In this document: positions 56,501 to 64,000 of the stretch, one piece after another
Position numbering within the stretch: the stretch's first letter is position 1
How the letters are laid out: every line of letters starts with the position of its first letter
Origin: the human T2T-CHM13v2.0 reference genome, Homo sapiens
Assembly: GCF_009914755.1 (NCBI RefSeq)
Contig: NC_060933.1
Strand: one strand, 5' to 3'
Length of the DNA stretch: 64,000 bases
Position numbers and translations under genes: made by a program
Notes under the pieces: generated by a model
Told to the model about the DNA's origin: nothing
The model's database searches: none
The model's input: only the letters and a program-made list of their open reading frames with translations

Positions 56501-57469
56501 TTTTAAACTATAAAAATTGCAATAAAATATAATGGGCCAGACTTACAGCAGCAATGCGAAGCTATTTCCTAGACTACCGTCAGGGTTAGCTATCACTGTA
56601 GAAACAAAGACAAGTTGCAGAAAAAAGCTAAAATGTTAAGACTGTAAAGTAAAAATAAGAAAGAAGAAAAAAAGAAATCTTACCATAAACCAGAAACATT
56701 ATAGCCATTATGTGTTTCACATTCTCAACAACACTATGAAGTAAATATTCTCATTTTACTCATGCAGTAACTTTGGTCAAAGAAGTTAGGTAACCTGCCC
56801 AATGCCTCACAGGTAGTAGAATTTCAATTCTAGTGGTAACAATTTAGTTCCAGGCCTGATTGTTTCTAAAAGCCAAAGAACCAGAAAAGAGAGAGAAAGG
56901 AGATTGGATGAGCTCCTTTCAGAGGAAATGAAATTATCCGAAGTCCAGAAGGGAAAAATGAAGTTATGACACTGAAGTAGATGAAGGGCAAAAGAAAGGA
57001 TTTTGACAAACCCAGAATAGGAGGCAATCAAGAAAAACCATGAGAAACAAACAAAAGACTAGGCATAGAAGAAATTTTTTTAATGGTTTGTAAATAAGGG
57101 AAAAAGAAAAGGGGGAAATTGAACCTCAATGTGCATGAGTTAAACATCCCTGAAGAGAAAACACATGCAACAGTAAAGTAACTTCAGGACATAGAAGAAC
57201 AAATTCCTTAGGAATTCAAGATAAGCATTTTAGAAAAATGAGAAGGGAATAAAACTGACATGTTCTATGTGTTCTTGGAAACACAAATGCGATGTAAATA
57301 GGTGACAGGTAGGCTGCTACATGAAAATGCCTACAAAATGTGGTTAGACAAATAGGAGGGCTTATTCTCCACCCACATAAAGCCTTTGGGTATTAGGTTA
57401 GTGTGGCAACAACTAACACGAGCGGTGAATATCATTCTGGATCTCTGAAGTCCTCAGGGTTTTGTTTCC

Positions 57470-57690
57470 GACAGTGACTCGGTGTGGACAAAGCTAACTT
57501 TGGAGTAAGACAGACCTAGTTTTCATCCTGATCCATCATTTACTCATGTGTCTTCAGGCAAGACTCAGAATCTTTGTCAGAATCTGTTTTCTCATCCATA
57601 AAACAACAGCCTTTTTGCTGGGTTCTGGCAAAATTAAATGAGATAATGTATGTTGTATTTTGTCCTGTGCTCAATAAACAGTCACTATAA
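57470..57690 (+). mobile_element. MIR
   Basis: 'ctttggagtaagacagacctagtt...tctgttttctcatccataaaac...attaaatgagataatgtatgt'. Confidence 0.75.
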
Positions 57691-59904
57691 CTACTAATGG
57701 CCTCATGTTCGAACTACAAGGACTTAATATTTCAAATGGAGGGACTGTAACCAAGAGAAGAGATAGCTGTCTTTGAGACTTGTGACCTGTGAAATTACAG
57801 GATCGTGGGAGACACAACTGTACAAATCATGTAAGCCTCATCATTCAGAGAATCCAAGTGTCTTTCCCAAGAAGCAGAATGGGTACTGAGTAGGCCTGAC
57901 TCTTCCTTAAAAAGAGAACGTGAAAACTGCGTTTAAGTGGAAAACTGGACAATCCCTCTCCCACTCACACACCACAGCAACTTTATTCTTCTAATAATAG
58001 CCTGAGCAAACTAAATGCAAATCAAAACTGCTATTAGAAAATTCCAGCTTCTCCCTGAAGCTCTGCTTAACTGCATTTAGGGTCACAAATATTTTTTCTA
58101 CTAACGCTATAATCTAGCAGTTCACTGACATTTACAGCCTGAACTTCCTAATTTCCTCTTGGTTTTCAGGGGAGTAATATGCAGGAACATGCTGCTTGAT
58201 TTAAAATTTTAGCAATAACGTGATACGTACTGATCTTTCTCCCCTTCTTGGATTTTTCTATACTTGGTTTACACGCAGCCCTGTGGAAGCTCAGTGAATA
58301 AATGGACTAAATTCTCTCCTCCTCACCATCCGTCTTAAAAATATCCTGGTGCTAACTGGGGTACTTAGGATGGAACATTAACTCTTTCAGGCCTCCAGGG
58401 GCTTCTCTGAGGACTCAAGAGGTTAAACATAATGAGAAAAAAAAATGGTTATGCAACTTTTTGCCTACTTTGAAAGGCAAAGTTTGCTCATATGTACCTC
58501 TTTTTAAAAGAACTATATTTTTTAATACCACTGCAAACCATAACCCTATCCTGTGTTTCTAACTAGTACACAATTCACAATTTTTTGGATTTTGAACTCT
58601 GTCTCAAAGCAGCCTACACACAAGTTCCAGGTTAAACTTCTTAACATATAACTATTGTTATGGATCTGCTTACCACTCACAGAGTAATAACGTAAATCCC
58701 TCCTAGAGGCCTATAATGTCTTTCAAAATTTAATTCTCTCTTTTAGCCCTACCTTCTCTAACCAAGAACTAGCCAAGGCCTCTGACCCTCCTGAGGTTGA
58801 GCTGAGTAGGTTAGAGGTTCAAGGAAAAGAATTCAACCTTACATACTGGTGCTACACAGGCTACCTTTGAAAGCTCCCTTTGCATGGGATCTCCTGGCTT
58901 TTTGGAAGAACCTTCCACAGAGTACCTAATGGTAGCATCCCAGACGTGAACCAGGCCCGTTCTCTATGTGGATACTTAAGGTTCCACCCTCAGCTTCTGG
59001 GATTCAGGCAGTTTATCCCACCCAGACTCTCTGTCATGGCCTATTGCTGTTCCAGGCAGTCCTCTTGGACCAGATACTCATTAAAATAACCCCTGGCCCA
59101 CTCACGCACCCACCTAGCCCATGGGAATTTCACACACATTACTCACTCCCAGGCAGCACCAGTCCAGCTGGCTGTTTATTTTAAGCTGAAACCTCAGGAA
59201 ACACACATTAAGGGAACCACGTGTCCCTCTTAAAGCACCCCTAACCCACCTGGAGATGAGAAAGACCATTCCCCTTTCCCTTGCTGATGGAATAGGAATG
59301 GGAAATGGAAAGCTCAAAGACGATTACAATGGAAAAATTTTTCTCTTGCCCAATTATTTAATTTCTCTTCCAAACCTCAGATCCTACTCTTTGATAGATG
59401 GTCATTGGAAAAATTGCTTTCTTAAACTTTTAGCACGTTGTGTACAGGTTCATGGCAACTCCATTTAGAATGTTGGTGACTTGGCCTCTAATGTCATATT
59501 CTAGTCCTTTAGAGCTCTCAGGCAAAAAAGAGACCAAGAAGTCATAATTGAATATATGCTATATTAGGCTGAGTGTTTGTTCAACACTTTCTGCATTTTC
59601 TTTTTTCCTTACTTTGATTATTTTGTCATCTCCCTAAAACGTTTAAACCACTCCCAAAGGCACATCTTAGAACATACTCTCCCCACCCACATATTGAGGA
59701 GAGCTCTGTTTTAGAAACTTTTACGGTGTTCATACTCTCCCTCAAGGTCCAATGATTTCTAGGAGTCTGGTGATTTGTAAAGTTGTTGTACCTTTTTATG
59801 GATCTAAGCTTCTTGAAGAAAGGATTGTTTCTTCACATCTATCTCAGTGAACTCTGCAGCTCATTGAATGCACTGCAAACTATTTTTTTTATTTCTAAAA
59901 AGTA

Positions 59905-60460
59905 CGACTTCCTGTAAGATTCAGCAATTACACTCCTAGGTATCTACCGAAGAGAAATGAAGATATGTGTTCACACAAAGAGTTGCATATGAATTTTCAT
60001 AGCAACATTATTGATAATAGCCCAAAATTGGAAACAACACAAATGTACATCAACTTGTGAATAAACAAAATATAGGACATCCATACAATGGAATACTATT
60101 AAGCAATAATGAAGAAACAAAGCACTGATACATGCTACAATCCAGATGAACCTCAAAAACATTAGCAAAGTGAAAAAAGCCAGACACAAAAGATGATATA
60201 TTATATGATTCCATTTATATTAAATATGCAGAAAAACCAAAACTATAGAGATAGAAAGTAAACTAATGGTTACCTGGGCTCAGCGTAGGAATGGGGATTA
60301 ATTGCAAATGGGCATGAAGGATACTGCAGGAGTCATGAAAATGTTCTAAAACTGGATTATAGGGATGGATGCACAACTCAGTAAACTTACTATAAATCAT
60401 TGCTTGTACAGTAAAAATGAGTGAATTTTATGATATGTAAATTATAATGAAGTTCTTTTT
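59905..60460 (+). mobile_element. L1MB8/L1ME1-like 3' UTR
   Basis: 'cagcaattacactcctaggtatctacc', 'atccatacaatggaatactatt', 'aaaatgttctaaaactggatt...gcacaactcagtaaa'. Confidence 0.85.
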
Positions 60461-61629
60461 TAAAGCCTATAGAATTTGGAGTATTTTGGTTTTTTGATGT
60501 CAGCTTTTCATAGGTGTTAATGCTGCTGAAGCCCTGAACAGTTCAAAATAGAAGAGAACAGGGCCTCTGGGCCTACGCCTTGCTCACAGAGTCGTAAACA
60601 AACATATTGCTTCCATATCAAAAGCCAGAATTCTTAAAATTTCACAATAGGTCAGATCACAGTTAGATTGAGTGCAGCTGCAATGCACCAATGGTTTTCT
60701 GGCAGTGAAAAGAGCTGATGGTCTCCCCAAGTGTCTGGCTTAATAATAAAAAGTGACTTAGGCACTGAGCATTAAAATTTCCTCATAACCTGAAAATCTT
60801 GTCATTGTGGGATTTTAAATCCTAAATCGGATCATCGTAGCAAAGTAATTTAGAAATCAATCAGCTTCATGTGTAGAAAATGAAAACTGTGGGATCAATG
60901 TTTCCCCTAGATATTTAAAATAAAATCATACTTTTAAAATGGTATATACTTTGGCTCTGGTAAATATATATTTCATGTAAGAAAACAGATACAATTCATT
61001 TATCACTACAGGAGATTTGAAAGTTCCATGCAAGGCTTGAAATGTTGTGTGTTTTTTTTTTTAAAGTGTAACATTTCTAATTATTTTAACTAGTTATATT
61101 TTTAAATACTTTGGCTATTTCCATTGTTATGTAACTATCTATAGAAAAGCATCTAAATGCATTTGAGTGAACTGTGATTTGGTCTCCATAGAATTTTCAC
61201 TAAGCATCCATTTATGAGCTCATATTATAAGGGTAGGTAGTAATTTATACTTCTAAATTCCCAGGGTTTAAATTATTTGTAAAGCAAAACCTAAACATTG
61301 TAAAATTATCACTACTCAAAAGAATATAGACAATATTTTTAATTGTATCCCACCCAAACACTCTCCATTGAGTAATAATTATATACTCAACACAATAATA
61401 AAATGTATCAAAATCCTCAAATATCCACTGCCCCATCACTTCATAGCCACATTAGGTGGGAGATTTAGTGTTTTGCACCTCCGGAAGGTATCAGGATTTA
61501 AACCTCAGGCTCAGGCAATTTCAGAAAGGAGGAATGTATAGCAGGAAGTTCTAACAGAAAGTTAATCTTCCTATTTAACTATGCTGAGCTCAAGGAAACA
61601 ACAACCAGCAGCCAACCCACCCAGGCTTT

Positions 61630-62340
61630 AACACAGTAATCCAAGAATTATTTGTTGAGCATCTACTGTGTGCTGAACACTGCACTAAACATGGTGATAC
61701 CACTGTCACTGTTCTCATGAGGTTACACTGTAGTGGAGAGAACGGATTTATAAATAAAAATAATCACAAGTTGTGAAAATTCTATAATGGAAACAAACAA
61801 ACTGAGAATAACGAAGGCAAGTGGTAATAGTAACGGCAGCAGGAACTAATTCTGCATAGTGCAAATAGTGGCACCATTGGAATAGTGACAGAGTATGTCT
61901 GTCTCCAGACAGAAAAGACCTGAGGCAGGAAGTAGCTTGGCATTTTCGAAGAATTTAAACTAAGATCTTTACTAGAGAAAATAGTGAGGCAATGAGTCTG
62001 ACAACTTAAGCTGAAGAGATAGAGGCAGAACTTGAAAAACTTTACAAGAAGTTTGAATTGTAATGTAGGTCAAGGACTCACAATATGATTCATGTCGTGA
62101 GAACATTTTTCTTCTGGCTTGAGAATGAATTGATGAGATCGACAATGGCAGAAGGCAGACTAGTTAGGAGACTGGAAGGAAGACATTATGGTGGACTTAA
62201 CTAAAATGGAATCAAGAAAGAAGAACTAAAGTAGATAGACTAGAGAAAGAGGGAATATAAACAACTATATATTTGGACTTAAAATTCACAGTATTTACAG
62301 ATAAATTGGATACTGTGGATAAAGGAGAAGAAAGAATAGC
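61630..62340 (-). mobile_element. L2 fragment
   Basis: 'atttgttgagcatctactgtgtgc', 'gacctgaggcaggaagtagcttggca', 'agactagttaggagact'. Confidence 0.65.
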
Positions 62341-62341
62341 A

Positions 62342-62813
62342 TAGCAGGCTCTACCCACATCACCTTGGATTCCTTTTAACCATTTTGTGTGCACCTCTAC
62401 CTCCTCTTTGGTGAATCTCTGCTTCCATTAGCCAATACTTATGATTTCTTTGGAGGACTGCTGTTGAGCTACTGGAGCCACTTGGCTCACAACAGAGAGA
62501 GCTCAGAATGTGGGAATGCACGTTCCCTTGGAAAAGTTTTTAACAAATGATTAGTGAGTATAGGAGTATGAAAGCTCCAACTAGGGTCAAGACAACCTGG
62601 AGATTTAAACTAGAGTCTTGAGTTTCCCTGAGAGATCTGGTGGAATCTACATTCTATGGGAACTTTTCCTGAGATCTCATTATTGATGGACATCTTCTTC
62701 TCCCTGTTCTGTTTCCATAACTTCCTTACCAGTCTCCCATGATTCTTTCCTTAATAAGTCATTTGCAAGGAATCCTGTTATGGGACCTGCTTCTAGGGAA
62801 CCTAACCCAAGAC
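62342..62813 (+). mobile_element. ERVL solo LTR, LTR16C-like
   Basis: End 'ttccttaataagtcatttgcaaggaatcct...ctgcttctagggaacctaacccaagaca' is typical of LTR16. Confidence 0.7.
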
Positions 62814-62919
62814 AGGAAGTCAATTACTCATAGATTCATAACTTTACAGATGAATACTGGGGTGGTAGGAGAAAGAGTTTGTAATCAACAGTAGTATTTT
62901 AAATGATCAATTACCTTAA

Positions 62920-63575
62920 TGTAAATTATCTTGCTCCAACTTCCTTTTCACTGACCTCTTATACCTTAAACTTCCTTGTGTCTTTCTCCTCTATTATATT
63001 TTCCTGATAAATCTCTAACCCTAGATAAATCCCAGTGCCTGCCTATTCCACATCTGCACCTGCACGGTGATCTTAACTTAAGAAAATCACATGAGCATGC
63101 TGACTGGTCTCGTACAAGGTTTATGGCCGCTTATCTCAAGCAGTGCTTTCCCAAGGTCAAGAAATGCTAGTAATAGTATAGTTCTATATACCATTATCCC
63201 AAGATTTTAGAAAAACATTTTACATCTTTTCTTCCCTTCTCAAACTTCTAACACTTTCTCCTCCCATCCCCCACCATTCTGATGGCATCGGTTCCTATTT
63301 CACTCAGAAAGCACAAGTAGTCAGAAGAGAACTTTCTCATGGCTCTATCTGAAGGCCTTTGCACTTGTTCCTCTACCTGCAACTCTTTACCTGGGCATGT
63401 TCATACATCAGTCTCTCACTTCCTTCATGTCTCTAATGTCACCATATTCAACAGATCTTCTCTGATCACCCTTGTTGATTTATTTCAAAACAGAGCTCTT
63501 ATTATCATTAGGAATATTATATATTTGTTTTTATATGTTCTAATTCTCTTTCTCCTTCCTCTGAGCTCCACAAGT

Positions 63576-63637
<62 letters not shown>

Positions 63638-63716
63638 CACTGCTTTGTCTTCAGGACCTAGAAAAGAATTTGACACAAAACGGATTTTCAATCATTATTT
63701 GCTGAATGAATGAATG
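62920..63716 (+). mobile_element. L2 (3' part) containing a (GT)n
   Basis: 'ggcctttgcacttgttcctctacctgcaac' and the terminus 'tcaatcattatttgctgaatgaatgaatg'. Confidence 0.7.
63578..63633. repeat. Perfect (GT)28 microsatellite
   Basis: Read directly from the sequence. Confidence 0.97.
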
Positions 63717-64000
63717 TTAAAGAAACCTTGAGACATCCAACTCCCCAACCAAAGAATTAGGTCCACTGTGCAACTCCATTTTCTATAGTAGGTGAGCACT
63801 CTTATTATTCAACTACATTATGATTATTATTGCAATTACTTTCCAGTTTGAGTATTTTATCTTTAGCTACGTATTTCAGTTTGGTAAGTGGCATTGAACA
63901 TTTAAATTTCAAGTACAGTTTTGCCTATTTAAATAATCTATAGTTACTTAAAATATATAATACAATATAAGCATTATATTGTATAATAGCTGTTATGTTG

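Overview
This is AT-rich primate genomic DNA, very probably human because it carries an Alu identical to the AluYh7 consensus as I recall it. More than half of the window is transposon-derived, and it reads as deep intron or intergenic sequence. I found no supportable protein-coding exon, RNA gene or CpG island. The ORF track is explained by decayed L1/THE1 reading frames, Alu frames, microsatellites and chance. The main structures are: (1) a three-tier nest at 4.3-16.6 kb, where an old L1MA9-like LINE is split by a near-full-length L1PB1-like element with an inverted 5' end, itself split by an ERV1 solo LTR; (2) a consensus-like AluYh7 at 23.1-23.4 kb; (3) a twin-primed L1PA5-like insertion at 38.2-39.6 kb; (4) a minus-strand L1PA15/16-like element at 48.2-55.6 kb that contains a two-LTR THE1 provirus and is cut off at a TSD-less AluY, suggesting a deletion; (5) an Alu tail converted into stacked AT palindromes at 1.4-1.7 kb. 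Many MaLR/ERV LTRs, MIR, L2 and DNA transposon relics fill the rest. I cannot support a new biological system here. The best leads concern retrotransposon history, non-B DNA and two candidate enhancers in unique sequence. Subfamily names come from recalled consensus sequences and need RepeatMasker/Dfam confirmation.
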